The position numbers and the translations under genes were made by a program. The notes under the pieces are model-generated. The model did not search any database. It saw only the letters and a list, made by a program, of their open reading frames with translations, and was not told the origin of the DNA. Positions 8,944-17,825 of a stretch of DNA of 37,752 bases are shown here, piece after piece (positions within the stretch are counted from its first letter, which is position 1; each line of letters opens with the position of its first letter). This DNA comes from a virus. Taxonomy: Duplodnaviria; Caudoviricetes. The stretch covers positions 1-37,752 of IMG/VR virus record IMGVR_UViG_3300044846_003459, one strand, 5' to 3'.

Positions 8944-9390
8944 TTAGTTCTTGAGGTGTTTCACGTAGACGACTTCTTGCCGCTCGAAACCGAGGCTGCG
9001 CCAGAACGGGCCGATCCCACGGCTGCCGCGGTATTCCCACGACGAAGCCACGATGGCGTCCCGGCGATGGACATCGCAGTATTTCTCGATGACGTTCTTG
9101 AACGCAGCGGCGGTTTCCGGCTTCAACCGGTCCTCCTCCAAAGAGTAGACGAAGTTGACGTAGATCAGCTCCTCCTTGGTCGCGAAACCCGGATAGCGCC
9201 CGAAGATGATGACCTGCCGTGGCGACTCGACGTTGTCCACGTAGGCGTCCATCGACTGCGTGATGTAGCCCTGCGCCAGCCGTTCGAGGCAGTGCTCGAC
9301 GGTCGTCCGCTCGGCGCACGAAGACTCGCCGATGAACGCCCGGATGAGGGGCGCGATCGCGGTCAGCTTGGACTGGGGGAGCGGGATCAT
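8944..9390 (-). CDS. GNAT-fold acetyltransferase-like protein
   Basis: 148 aa. C-terminal IGPFWRSLGFERQEVVYVKHL is typical of the GNAT end motif. Position between tail and core genes is common in podoviruses. Confidence 0.55.
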   Translation of the reverse strand: MIPLPQSKLTAIAPLIRAFIGESSCAERTTVEHCLERLAQGYITQSMDAYVDNVESPRQVIIFGRYPGFATKEELIYVNFVYSLEEDRLKPETAAAFKNVIEKYCDVHRRDAIVASSWEYRGSRGIGPFWRSLGFERQEVVYVKHLKN

Positions 9391-10385
9391 CGGTAGCCTG
9401 GGAGATGCTTGGTGCGGCGGGGCAGCGGACGGCCCTTGTAAGGCGTGTTGTCCTGAATGGCGTGCCCGCGGTGCCGGGAGACCAGACCGTTGAGGTAGTT
9501 GGCCATCTCGGTCTTATGATAGGCGGCGGTGCGGATCTCGTTGGCCTCCACGGTGTTCTCGCCGTATTTGAAGAAGCGGGCGGCGGACTCGATGACGAGC
9601 TGGTCGCCGACCTCGACGATGTCGGAGTCGAAGTAGATGGGCTTGAAGCGGCGGGTGCCTTGGATCTTGACCGCGCCGGACGGGCAGGTGCTCGCGATCT
9701 TGAACCGACGGTAGCTCGGCACCGTCTCGTCGGGGGCGTAGATGGACAGCTCGTAGCCATCCTGCTGGGCCAGCGTGACCGAGCCGATGCGGCCGATCGG
9801 CAACGCGACGCTGCGGATCTCGCGGACCCGCTCCTCGACGGTCACCCAGCCACCGGCTGCCAGCTCGAAGTCGAGCTTGCGGAGCTTCCAGTCACCGTCG
9901 ATGACCTCGATGACGACGTGCTTGCCAGCGTCTTCGTCCCGCTCGCACCACACCTTGAGGGCGCAAATGCTGTTCGGGTCGCGCTCGGTGGAGAACTGCT
10001 CGGCCATCTCGATCACCTCGACCCTGGGGCCGACGGTTCCGAGACCCATCATCGCCTCGCGCCAGCGGGAGCGAATCTTGAGCGCGTCGCCGGACGACCA
10101 CACGGCTTCGACCGCTGCGACATCCGCCGGGAGCGTGAAGCCTTGGTAGGTGTCAGGGTCGGAGCAGGTGCCGGTGGCGCACCGCTCGCGGAACGTGGAG
10201 ATGCAGATGCAGTGGAAGACGTTGCCGAAAAGTTTGAAGTCCTCGTAGCTGTTGAACAGCAGGTTCCGGTACTTGTTGAGGTAACTGACCACCTCCGGGC
10301 GGTCTTCCGGCCAGCGCAAGCCTTTCGCCGCGGCGAGGATTGGTCCTGCGCGGTCAACGGTGGTTGGGTCCAGTCCGATGCTCAT
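9387..10385 (-). CDS. Putative head-tail adaptor / tail tubular protein, 332 aa
   Basis: Start reassigned to ATG 10385 (ATGA overlap with upstream stop). Based on size and position next to the nozzle gene. Confidence 0.5.
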   Translation of the reverse strand: MSIGLDPTTVDRAGPILAAAKGLRWPEDRPEVVSYLNKYRNLLFNSYEDFKLFGNVFHCICISTFRERCATGTCSDPDTYQGFTLPADVAAVEAVWSSGDALKIRSRWREAMMGLGTVGPRVEVIEMAEQFSTERDPNSICALKVWCERDEDAGKHVVIEVIDGDWKLRKLDFELAAGGWVTVEERVREIRSVALPIGRIGSVTLAQQDGYELSIYAPDETVPSYRRFKIASTCPSGAVKIQGTRRFKPIYFDSDIVEVGDQLVIESAARFFKYGENTVEANEIRTAAYHKTEMANYLNGLVSRHRGHAIQDNTPYKGRPLPRRTKHLPGYR

Positions 10386-10612
10386 GTCCAAGAAGTGCCG
10401 TTGAAGGTTTTCATCGCACCAACCGGAGACCCGTAGGCGTCGGTCGGCTGCCACCGTTTCGACGTATCGAAAGGAGCGGTGGCACCAAAGTAGACCAGCT
10501 CGACGCCGGGGTCGAGCTTGACCGTGAAGCTGCGGGCCAAGTCGATGAGCTGCTCCGCCGTGAAGTGGTTCAGGGCGGGCGCGTTCTGCTTCAAGCGGAG
10601 CTGGAGTTCCAT
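10382..10612 (-). CDS. Small hypothetical virion protein, 76 aa (MELQLRLKQ...KTFNGTSWT)
   Basis: ATG at 10612, coupled by overlaps to both neighbours. GATAP..W and FNGTSW motifs are typical of fibre-associated proteins. Confidence 0.6.
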   Translation of the reverse strand: MELQLRLKQNAPALNHFTAEQLIDLARSFTVKLDPGVELVYFGATAPFDTSKRWQPTDAYGSPVGAMKTFNGTSWT

Positions 10613-12021
10613 CGGTCGGCGGCGGGTGAGGAGTTGATCTCGAAAAAGTCTCGTTCCGGCGCTCCGATCACCGAGCACTGGTGCCTTCCAGACTTGACGG
10701 TTCCGGGGCTGAAATCAAGGTCAATCACCCGGATCTCAGCGGCCCCGAGGCCCTCGACGCGGATTTGGAACCATGTCGCCTCGCGGCAGGCGGCAGGCGG
10801 CTGGCCGAGCGGTTCCGAGAGAAGGTAGCTCTGGTTCGCCATCTTGACCTTGTCGCAGGGAGCGAACTCCTTCCAGACCTTCCACGCGGTGTTGAGGTCG
10901 GTGCGGATCAGCACCCGCACCCGCTGCGACGCCTCGCCGAACACGCCCTCAAGGCGACCCTCGCGAACCGTCTTGAGCGTGGCCAGCCCGTCGAAGGCGA
11001 ACCGGCCCGTCTCGAAGGACCACTCGATCGGCAGATGGACGCCGTCCCGGAAGTCTTTCAACGCATCGCGATTGATTGATGCGAAGTAGAGCTTGCCGTC
11101 GCGATCGGACACTAGCGCCCCGAAGCTCCCCGGCTGCGAGACGACCGTGGAGTCTCCGAGCCAGTGGACTCCTTCGATCCTGTTGTCGAAAGTCCAGAGA
11201 CCCTCCCACACCGGCGACGGCGTCCGGTCCTCGGTGAACGTGGACGCCTGGTTCCAGACCACCATGCCCCGACCGGCGGCGGTAGCCGTGTGCGATCCGG
11301 CGGCGAGCCCGGTGGTCGCCATCATGCGGTTGCCTTCGAGCCAGTGACCGGCGGCAGCCCCGCGCAGCAGAACCGGCAGGTCCTTGTCGAGGATCGGGTC
11401 CACGTCCTGCGAGATCCGATTGGTCTGCTCGGTGTTGAAGCTGCCCTCGCCGAGCACCGTCTTGAGGAAGTGCAAGCCGAAGCGGGAGCGGAAGAAGTGG
11501 TCGCGGGTGAGGGACGCGACGGCGTAGCGGCCGGTGGCGCTGACCCGATTGAGGAGGTGGTTGACGAGCCGCTTGGTGTCCCAGCCCTTCTGGACGATGG
11601 CACCCTTGCCATCGATCCGCGTCTCCCGCGGCGACTCGAAGGTGTTGAAAGACACCACGCCGTTCTCGTAGTAGGCGATCAGATCGCCCTCGCCGTTGGC
11701 CGTGCTCATGGTCGGCAAAACCGCCATCGCGGTGATCCGCCCGAGACGGCTGGGGGCGGAGAGCGGGTCGCTGTGCGCCAGGGTGCATTGCTCCTCCATG
11801 AGCAGCACGTCTTCGGTGCTGGCGTGCCCGCGCTTGTGGATCATGTCCCCGACGTAGATCAGGCGACCGACCTGCTGGTGGACCCGCCCGTGGGCGTAGA
11901 TGCCCAGCCCCGCGCCGTTGGCGAGCCAGTTGGAGAACTTCGCGGAGTCGAAGGTGTCGTGCGTGGACTCCACCACGACCTGCGCTTCGTCTCCGCCTCC
12001 GATTGCAAAGGTGTCACTCAT
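10591..12021 (-). CDS. Tail nozzle (tail tubular B-like) protein, C-terminal part, 476 aa
   Basis: ATG at 12021 overlaps the upstream stop (ATGAGTGA). Beta-propeller-like segments (YAHGRVH..IYVGD, GRITAMAVL, ISQDVDPIL, WEGLWT, WSFETGRF, WFQIRVEG) fit a nozzle protein. Confidence 0.6.
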   Translation of the reverse strand: MSDTFAIGGGDEAQVVVESTHDTFDSAKFSNWLANGAGLGIYAHGRVHQQVGRLIYVGDMIHKRGHASTEDVLLMEEQCTLAHSDPLSAPSRLGRITAMAVLPTMSTANGEGDLIAYYENGVVSFNTFESPRETRIDGKGAIVQKGWDTKRLVNHLLNRVSATGRYAVASLTRDHFFRSRFGLHFLKTVLGEGSFNTEQTNRISQDVDPILDKDLPVLLRGAAAGHWLEGNRMMATTGLAAGSHTATAAGRGMVVWNQASTFTEDRTPSPVWEGLWTFDNRIEGVHWLGDSTVVSQPGSFGALVSDRDGKLYFASINRDALKDFRDGVHLPIEWSFETGRFAFDGLATLKTVREGRLEGVFGEASQRVRVLIRTDLNTAWKVWKEFAPCDKVKMANQSYLLSEPLGQPPAACREATWFQIRVEGLGAAEIRVIDLDFSPGTVKSGRHQCSVIGAPERDFFEINSSPAADRWNSSSA

Positions 12022-13249
12022 CCCGCCCGAACTGTGCCACATCGGAGGCGATGTCCACAATCCATTTCGCAGGAGCGTAAAAACGGGGATCGTCGTGCTG
12101 GAGACCTCGGAACGCTTGATCGATCACCATCCGGTTCCAGTAGGTGAAATGGTCGAAAGCTTTCCGCATCCCAGCACGACTCCACAGGACGCCGTGCATT
12201 CCGAGACATCCGCGCACGAGAGCGAGCGAGGTTGCTGTTTCGGGAGAGACGTATTCGCGGGCGTCATCAGTCCACGGGGCACCGCCGATCATGGCCCCTA
12301 ACCAGTCGTCTGGCAGTGCCACCATCATCCGGGCAAAGAACTCGTCGAAGTCCGCCCCGAAACGGGCGTCATCCTCGAAGACCAGTAGGAACTCGTCTCC
12401 TTCGATCAGCGACCGCTCGATGATGTCTACGTGGTCACGGGTGGCTAGATGGTAGTGCGGATGCGCCTCCGCATGATCGACGTGGCAGGGCACTGCCCGC
12501 TCCTTGGCAGTCTTGGCCCGATACCACTCGACCTCTCGAATTGAGCAGCCGCTCGACTTCAAGGACGCATAGAACCCCTCGCGCCTGCGGGCGTAGTGCT
12601 CGGGGCTGAGAACCACGCAGCGGATGCCCTCCGTGGCGACCGGTGCGATCGGCTCGCCGAAGTGCGTGTCGCCAAAATTGGGGGTCGGCCACCGACGCTC
12701 CCACGGTTCGACGGGGGCGTGCGTGTGCCGTAGAATCTGACCCGATGGAATCTTGGGCCAGATTACGTTGAGCAAAAATTCTTCATCCTCCCCGTAGCGA
12801 CCTGCACGCTCGACCCTTTTGATGAAGTGACTCACGTCCAGTTTTCCAACCAGTATCCCCCAGCCGCCGCCGAGAAGCGGGACGTTTTCGTGCCACGAGT
12901 GATCCCGCAATGAATGCACCCCTACCCCCGACTCGACCCACTCGGCGACGGCAAGAGCCTCGCGCTGATCGAGCCGGGAGTCCGCATCTCGAAAAATAGC
13001 GTGGGTGAACCGAGTATCGTTGGCCGACTCAAATCGCCAGAACATCCCAGCGGAACCCGGCAAGGGGTCATGCTCGACCACCTCCACCCCTTCGCGCTGA
13101 AGCGCCGGGATCGCGTAGTGACCGCGCTGGGCATGGACGACGACGGTCCACCCAGGGTAGAAATGCTTGGCGAGCCGAGCGTTCTCCAGCATCCCCCAAG
13201 AATACTTCGCGCCGTCGCCGTAGAGTGAGAAACTGATGCAACCTTTCAT
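12014..13249 (-). CDS. Two-domain glycosyltransferase-like protein (GT-A-like N-domain + GT25-like C-domain), 411 aa
   Basis: ATG at 13249 (ATGA overlap). N-domain: ISFSLYG, GMFWRF, FRDADSR (DxD), RDH..H, LGGGWG. C-domain: LVFEDDA, HGVLWS, ID. Confidence 0.7.
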   Translation of the reverse strand: MKGCISFSLYGDGAKYSWGMLENARLAKHFYPGWTVVVHAQRGHYAIPALQREGVEVVEHDPLPGSAGMFWRFESANDTRFTHAIFRDADSRLDQREALAVAEWVESGVGVHSLRDHSWHENVPLLGGGWGILVGKLDVSHFIKRVERAGRYGEDEEFLLNVIWPKIPSGQILRHTHAPVEPWERRWPTPNFGDTHFGEPIAPVATEGIRCVVLSPEHYARRREGFYASLKSSGCSIREVEWYRAKTAKERAVPCHVDHAEAHPHYHLATRDHVDIIERSLIEGDEFLLVFEDDARFGADFDEFFARMMVALPDDWLGAMIGGAPWTDDAREYVSPETATSLALVRGCLGMHGVLWSRAGMRKAFDHFTYWNRMVIDQAFRGLQHDDPRFYAPAKWIVDIASDVAQFGRDE

Positions 13250-13929
13250 TTTCCCCATCCTTTGTCCGGCCACCACACGTCGTTGGCATTCTCGCCGCCG
13301 CTGATGCTGGATTTCCCGGAGGATTGCCCGCAGACCCACGGGTCGATTGCGAGAATCCGGTGTTGCCGCCACTCGTGCAGCCTCCCGAGCTGGTGGTCGA
13401 TGTGCATCGGCTCCTTCGACTCGATGTAGTCCGGGGCGTGCAGGATGTGCTGCTGGAACTGCGCCATGAACCGGTCGCTCACCGCGAATGCGTGGGTCCG
13501 ATTCACGTTCCGGCAGCGCACGACGCCCCTACAGAAAGGCCACGGCGGGCCGGACTCGACGTAGAGGTGTTGCCCGCCGAGGTAGAGCATGTCCCATTGG
13601 ACGCCGTCGAGCCGCATCATGGTCAAAGGTAGCCGATCGGCGAAGTCCTCCGAGAACACGGCGTCGTCCTCGAAGACGACGTAGCTCGGCAGATCGTCGA
13701 GCAGCGCGTCCTGGGCGATCCGAAGATGCGACATCAGGCAGCCCCAAGCCCCGTTGCCAGCCCGCCACCACGCCGGGTGCGGGCACTTGTCGCCTTCGAT
13801 GGCGCGGACGCGCTCGAACCCGGTGATGCCTGCGGCGGCAGCGCGTTCCTGAAACGCGACCCAGCGATCAGGCCGGTTGTCGAGATTGATGACGTAGGCG
13901 CGTCCGAAGTGGTGTCGAAGATCGATCAT
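13246..13929 (-). CDS. Glycosyltransferase family 25-like
   Basis: Hallmark GT25 motifs: YVINLDNRPDR, GCLMSH, VFEDDA, WDMLYLGG, THAF, HIDH. Confidence 0.85.
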   Translation of the reverse strand: MIDLRHHFGRAYVINLDNRPDRWVAFQERAAAAGITGFERVRAIEGDKCPHPAWWRAGNGAWGCLMSHLRIAQDALLDDLPSYVVFEDDAVFSEDFADRLPLTMMRLDGVQWDMLYLGGQHLYVESGPPWPFCRGVVRCRNVNRTHAFAVSDRFMAQFQQHILHAPDYIESKEPMHIDHQLGRLHEWRQHRILAIDPWVCGQSSGKSSISGGENANDVWWPDKGWGK

Positions 13930-13940
13930 CAGCGGCAGAA

Positions 13941-13985
13941 ATCTGGACGATCACACGATAATCGTCCAGATAATTGACCAATCAA
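13941..13985 (-). promoter_or_regulatory. Promoter-like motif TTGATT-N16-GATTAT overlapping an 11-bp perfect inverted repeat
   Basis: ATCTGGACGAT (13941-13951) pairs with ATCGTCCAGAT (13961-13971). The same promoter layout recurs at about 31200 and 36270. Confidence 0.55.
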
Positions 13986-15170
13986 TTACACCAGAGGGAA
14001 TGTCCCGCTCTTGCTTCCGCACGAAGTGACCACGGTGAATGTCGTCCCGCGAAGGTCGGTTCCGGTAGCTTCAAGCTCAATAGCGATGCTGTTGCCTGAC
14101 AGCAGGAAGATCGGGTATGGCGTGTCCGGCACCAACGTCGCGATGCCGGTGATGTTCGTGATCTCCAGCGATGTCGCGCCTGTGTTCGAGACCGTGACGA
14201 TCATCACGTCGTCGGTGCCGCCGTAGACCACGTCGAAGATCACGAACGCGCACGCAGAGCTGCTGCTCGACGAGGACGACGAGCTGCCGCCGGTGCTGGT
14301 TGACGAGCTGCTGCTCGACGAGGACGCGGACAAAGAACTGCTGGAGCTGCTTGACGAGGACGACGAGCTGGAGCTGCTGGAAGACGAGGACGACGAGCTG
14401 AAGCTGCTGGAAGACGAGGACGACGAGCTGGAGCTGCTGGAAGACGAGGACGACGAGCTGGAGCTGCTCGAAGACGATCCGCCGCCCCCGCCGCCGATAC
14501 TCGAAGACGAACTGGTTGGGCCGGACCCGCCGCCGTCCGTCCCCATTGGGGGCCGAGCGGTGTCGGGGAAACTGCCGCTGCAACTCGGGGCGCTGTTGCC
14601 GCCGGGGTCGTAGCAGGTGAAGGTGTCGCAGCAGGCGTTCTGCGCCTCGGGCGGAGTGAAGACGTATTCGACTTTCGGCGGCTCGGGGTCGTCCCAATAC
14701 TGGTCGTCGGCCAACCCCTGGCTTGCGACCATGCAGGCGTCGCCGGTCCACCAGTAGGTGCCCGCGGCAGTATTCTGCGAGATGAGGTAGTTCTCCGCCT
14801 GGTAGAGGTTCACCTCACCACGGCATCGTGATTCCGATCCCTCGCAGGTGATCTCGACCGGAGTGCAGCCGAACTCCCCACCGGTGGTGTCGATGGCGTA
14901 GACGCGACCGGCGGCGGCGACCACCAGTGCGGACAGCGGCGGGCCGAACGACTCCGCCGAGATTCCGAGCGACGGCGCGTAGGCGCTGACGCCCTGAAAC
15001 TGACCTGAGATCCCGAGATCGTGGTAGTGGAGACCCGGGCGGGTCCGCACCACGCCTTCGTCGAACACCATGTTGACCGCCGAATGGAGACGTTGGTTGG
15101 TCAGACCGAGCGGATTGGACCGCATGTCCACTCCGCGGGTTCCGACGGTCAGGATGTTGACGGTGGGCAT
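13986..15170 (-). CDS. Tail nozzle protein, N-terminal part, with poly-Ser tract and small C-terminal beta domain, 394 aa
   Basis: ATG at 15170. GVDMRSNP..AVNMVFDEGVVRTRPG..GQFQG..QAENYLISQN resembles the start of nozzle/tubular-B proteins. About 70 Ser follow. Confidence 0.6.
   Translation of the reverse strand: MPTVNILTVGTRGVDMRSNPLGLTNQRLHSAVNMVFDEGVVRTRPGLHYHDLGISGQFQGVSAYAPSLGISAESFGPPLSALVVAAAGRVYAIDTTGGEFGCTPVEITCEGSESRCRGEVNLYQAENYLISQNTAAGTYWWTGDACMVASQGLADDQYWDDPEPPKVEYVFTPPEAQNACCDTFTCYDPGGNSAPSCSGSFPDTARPPMGTDGGGSGPTSSSSSIGGGGGGSSSSSSSSSSSSSSSSSSSSSSSSSFSSSSSSSSSSSSSSSSSSSSSSLSASSSSSSSSTSTGGSSSSSSSSSSACAFVIFDVVYGGTDDVMIVTVSNTGATSLEITNITGIATLVPDTPYPIFLLSGNSIAIELEATGTDLRGTTFTVVTSCGSKSGTFPLV
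14353..14472. repeat. 4 x 30-bp tandem repeat within the poly-Ser coding tract
   Basis: Unit gacgaggacgacgagctggagctgctggaa at 14353, 14383, 14413 and 14443, with at most 1 mismatch each. Confidence 0.9.
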
Positions 15171-15175
15171 GAGGA

Positions 15176-16039
15176 TCAGGCGTCTTCGACCCAGTGCGGC
15201 CCGTCGGCAGCGGTCCACTTCAGCGTCCAAGTGGCGTCGCCGGTCGGGAACGGCAGGAAGCTGGCGACCGAGGAGACCGCGGCGACCGGGTCACACCCTG
15301 GGCAATCGCAGCTCGAAGGTGTGGTCGGGATCTGCTCGACGACGATCATGCCGGAACCGGCCAGCGTCTTGAAGTTGCGGATTTCGGCACCGGTGCCGGA
15401 AACGGCGATGGCTTCGAGGCCCACCAGCTCAAGAGAAGCGGCCCGTTCGAGATGCCCCCGCTTGGAGAGCGTCCGGTCGGCTTCAGCGCGGGTTTCCCAC
15501 TGCGCCAGCTCCGCGTTCCAGACTTGGCTCGCGTCTTCCGATCCGCCCTTGATGCCGTGCAGGTTGCCCTTGTCATCGGCGATGACGGCGTGATGGAACG
15601 GCAACGGCTCGCCGAGAACCGGACGGGTGTTGATCCCGGCAGGCTTCCACCACTGGTGCCAGAGCGTCGCGATCTTGATCGGGACCGAGGCCACGACGAA
15701 CGCCTTGCCGTCCACAATGCGGATGAACCCGGAGCCCGCCAGCTTGGCGAGCTTCGCGCCGATCCGGCCGAGGAGCGTGATGCCCTCGCCGTTCCGGTCG
15801 TTGATCGGGTCGGTGAAGCCGTTGGGCAGCGTGTAGCCGCAGCTCGCCGACGACCGCAGCGCGTTGCTGTCCGCGCAGCGGGACACCGGGCTGCCGGTGA
15901 CGTTCGCCGGGGTCGTGCCGAGGCACTCGTCCGTCGCGCAAAGCGTGGTGTCCGCGCAGGCTTGCGACAGAGCGGAAAGGGTCGGCAGCTCCGGGTTTAC
16001 CGGAGCCACCGCTGCGGGCGTGGTGCAGTTGCAGCTCAT
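15176..16039 (-). CDS. Cys-rich hypothetical structural protein, 287 aa
   Basis: High GC3, in the structural operon, 10 Cys (MSCNC, CATDEC, CDCPGC). Confidence 0.65.
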   Translation of the reverse strand: MSCNCTTPAAVAPVNPELPTLSALSQACADTTLCATDECLGTTPANVTGSPVSRCADSNALRSSASCGYTLPNGFTDPINDRNGEGITLLGRIGAKLAKLAGSGFIRIVDGKAFVVASVPIKIATLWHQWWKPAGINTRPVLGEPLPFHHAVIADDKGNLHGIKGGSEDASQVWNAELAQWETRAEADRTLSKRGHLERAASLELVGLEAIAVSGTGAEIRNFKTLAGSGMIVVEQIPTTPSSCDCPGCDPVAAVSSVASFLPFPTGDATWTLKWTAADGPHWVEDA

Positions 16040-16048
16040 GGGGTGGGA

Positions 16049-17758
16049 TTATTGAAGGCGAATCCAAGTGCCGGTGCCTGCGGTGCTGACGCACTGCCAA
16101 GCATAGGTGGTGTCGGCGGCAACTAGGGTCAGCGCGGCACCATTGATTGTCCCCCCGCCGGATACGGTGACCGTGAAAGATGTGGAGCCGATAGCTTCAG
16201 TAGAATGAAGTCGGACGATCTGACCGGCGCGGCTGTTGGCCGCAGTCGGGAGGACGAACGAGCCATTGGCTAAAGCGCCTGCGGGAGTCAGGTAGTGGGT
16301 CTGGTCGGTGTAACGAGCTGCCGTGATGGTGAAGCCCGTGGTCGGTGTAGCAGCAACAATGACCGGGAAGAGAGCCAGCGTTCCGTCGGCGTCCGGCGGA
16401 GTAGCCACGCGGTTGCCGGACATGACGTTGTCCGCTTCGATGGTGAAAGCATTTCCGGTGTCACTATCAACCAGCGAGAGCTGATAAGTGGCGACCAAAC
16501 CCCCGCCAGAACCGAACAACACCGCCTTGGTCTCGTCCGGCGATCCATTGCCTCCAGTGCTGGCGTCGAGAATGGCATCCGACTTGGTTGCCGCATAGCG
16601 GAGCTTCCACGTCAGGTTGTTGATGCTGCCGTCCGGGTTGGTCGCGCCATAGTTGTCGGGGCGGATCGTGGTTGGCGAACTCTCGACATCGGTACCCGCG
16701 ATCAGCTCCATGAGGTAGGCGCGACCGGAGACATCGACGATCTCGAAGCGACCGAGGTCGTGGGTCGTGGTGACCGCGAGGCCATCGAGCTTGGTGACTC
16801 CGCCGCCGGTGAGCCCCGTGATTGCCGGGTCGTGGCGGGCGGAGTTCAGGACTGTCGTGATCTCGCGCCAAGTGTTCGGCGAGGTGTCGATCGCTTCCCA
16901 GACGCGGGGACCGAACTGGGCGTGGCGGCCGATCCGCTCGGCGACCGTGCCGACCGAAGTGGCGAGGCCGGTTTGAGTGGCGGTGCTGGTGCCGTCGGGG
17001 GTGACCCCGGTGGCCGTGCCGTTGGCGATGGCCAGGTTCAGCGTGCCGTCGTTGGCCGCTTCGACCAGCCGGGTCAGCGCGAAGTCCGCGCCGATGTTGT
17101 CCACCTCGAACATGGCCGCGACAGCGGCGTTGCCCGAGAGCGCGGCGGCGGCCTTGGCGGCAACTGCCGAAGGGATGTCCCCGGAGTCCACGTTGAAGGA
17201 GATGGCCAGCGGCGAGCCGGTCAGGCCCGCTGCGGTGACCGTGAGGGTCATCGAGCCGCCGGTGGCGACCGTGCCAATGACCGTCTGGGTCGTGATCTGC
17301 TTGCGACCGACCGTGCCGTTGACCGGCGCGGCGGTGAGTTCGAGAACGTCCCAGGTATCGAGATCGTCCTGCACCTCGTCGATGTTGGTTTGCAGCGCGG
17401 TGTCGGCTGCGGTGCGGGCCGCGATCTCGTCGTCGAGCGCGTCGCGGAGTACCTCGCAGCAGGCGATGGCCGAAACATCGGTCACGTCGCACACGTTGAG
17501 CACGGTGGCCGCACCATCGAGGTCGTCGGCTTCATACTCGAAGGTGTAGGAGGTGCCTTCCACCACGCATCCGCCGGACACGAGGTTGACCCGAGCAATC
17601 GGGTTCTGCGCAATCCCATCCACGAACTCGGGGAACGCGGGGTTTGCGACTTGATTGAGGAAAAGCCGGACCTCGTCACCGGCCGCGATTTCCGCGCCTC
17701 CCGGTGAAACGAAAAGGGCTCCGGCGACTTGGAAATTGCGAAGTGTTTTCTTGGCCAC
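16049..17758 (-). CDS. Tail/head fibre-like protein, 569 aa
   Basis: Thr/Ala/Gly-rich, short coiled coil (EIAARTAADTALQTNID), TGLTGGG..LDG...IRPDNY fibre-type motif. Confidence 0.6.
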   Translation of the reverse strand: MAKKTLRNFQVAGALFVSPGGAEIAAGDEVRLFLNQVANPAFPEFVDGIAQNPIARVNLVSGGCVVEGTSYTFEYEADDLDGAATVLNVCDVTDVSAIACCEVLRDALDDEIAARTAADTALQTNIDEVQDDLDTWDVLELTAAPVNGTVGRKQITTQTVIGTVATGGSMTLTVTAAGLTGSPLAISFNVDSGDIPSAVAAKAAAALSGNAAVAAMFEVDNIGADFALTRLVEAANDGTLNLAIANGTATGVTPDGTSTATQTGLATSVGTVAERIGRHAQFGPRVWEAIDTSPNTWREITTVLNSARHDPAITGLTGGGVTKLDGLAVTTTHDLGRFEIVDVSGRAYLMELIAGTDVESSPTTIRPDNYGATNPDGSINNLTWKLRYAATKSDAILDASTGGNGSPDETKAVLFGSGGGLVATYQLSLVDSDTGNAFTIEADNVMSGNRVATPPDADGTLALFPVIVAATPTTGFTITAARYTDQTHYLTPAGALANGSFVLPTAANSRAGQIVRLHSTEAIGSTSFTVTVSGGGTINGAALTLVAADTTYAWQCVSTAGTGTWIRLQ

Positions 17759-17775
17759 GGCTTTGAAAGGGGAAG

Positions 17776-17802
17776 GGGGCGGGGTCGCTTGGACCCCGCC
17801 CC
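17776..17802 (-). terminator. Hairpin terminator after major capsid gene
   Basis: 11-bp perfect stem GGGGCGGGGTC/GACCCCGCCCC, 5-nt loop, pyrimidine tail. Confidence 0.6.
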
Positions 17803-17825
17803 GGTTGATGGTTCAGACCATCCGA

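Noticed and set aside
14293-14613. Plus-strand acidic ELLEDEDD-repeat ORF
   Set aside because: It is the reverse complement of the poly-Ser tract and has no independent expression signals.
12022-14700. Self-splicing intron or intein explaining the split nozzle
   Set aside because: No group I/II or intein motifs and no homing endonuclease are seen. Both halves have their own start and stop and show translational coupling.
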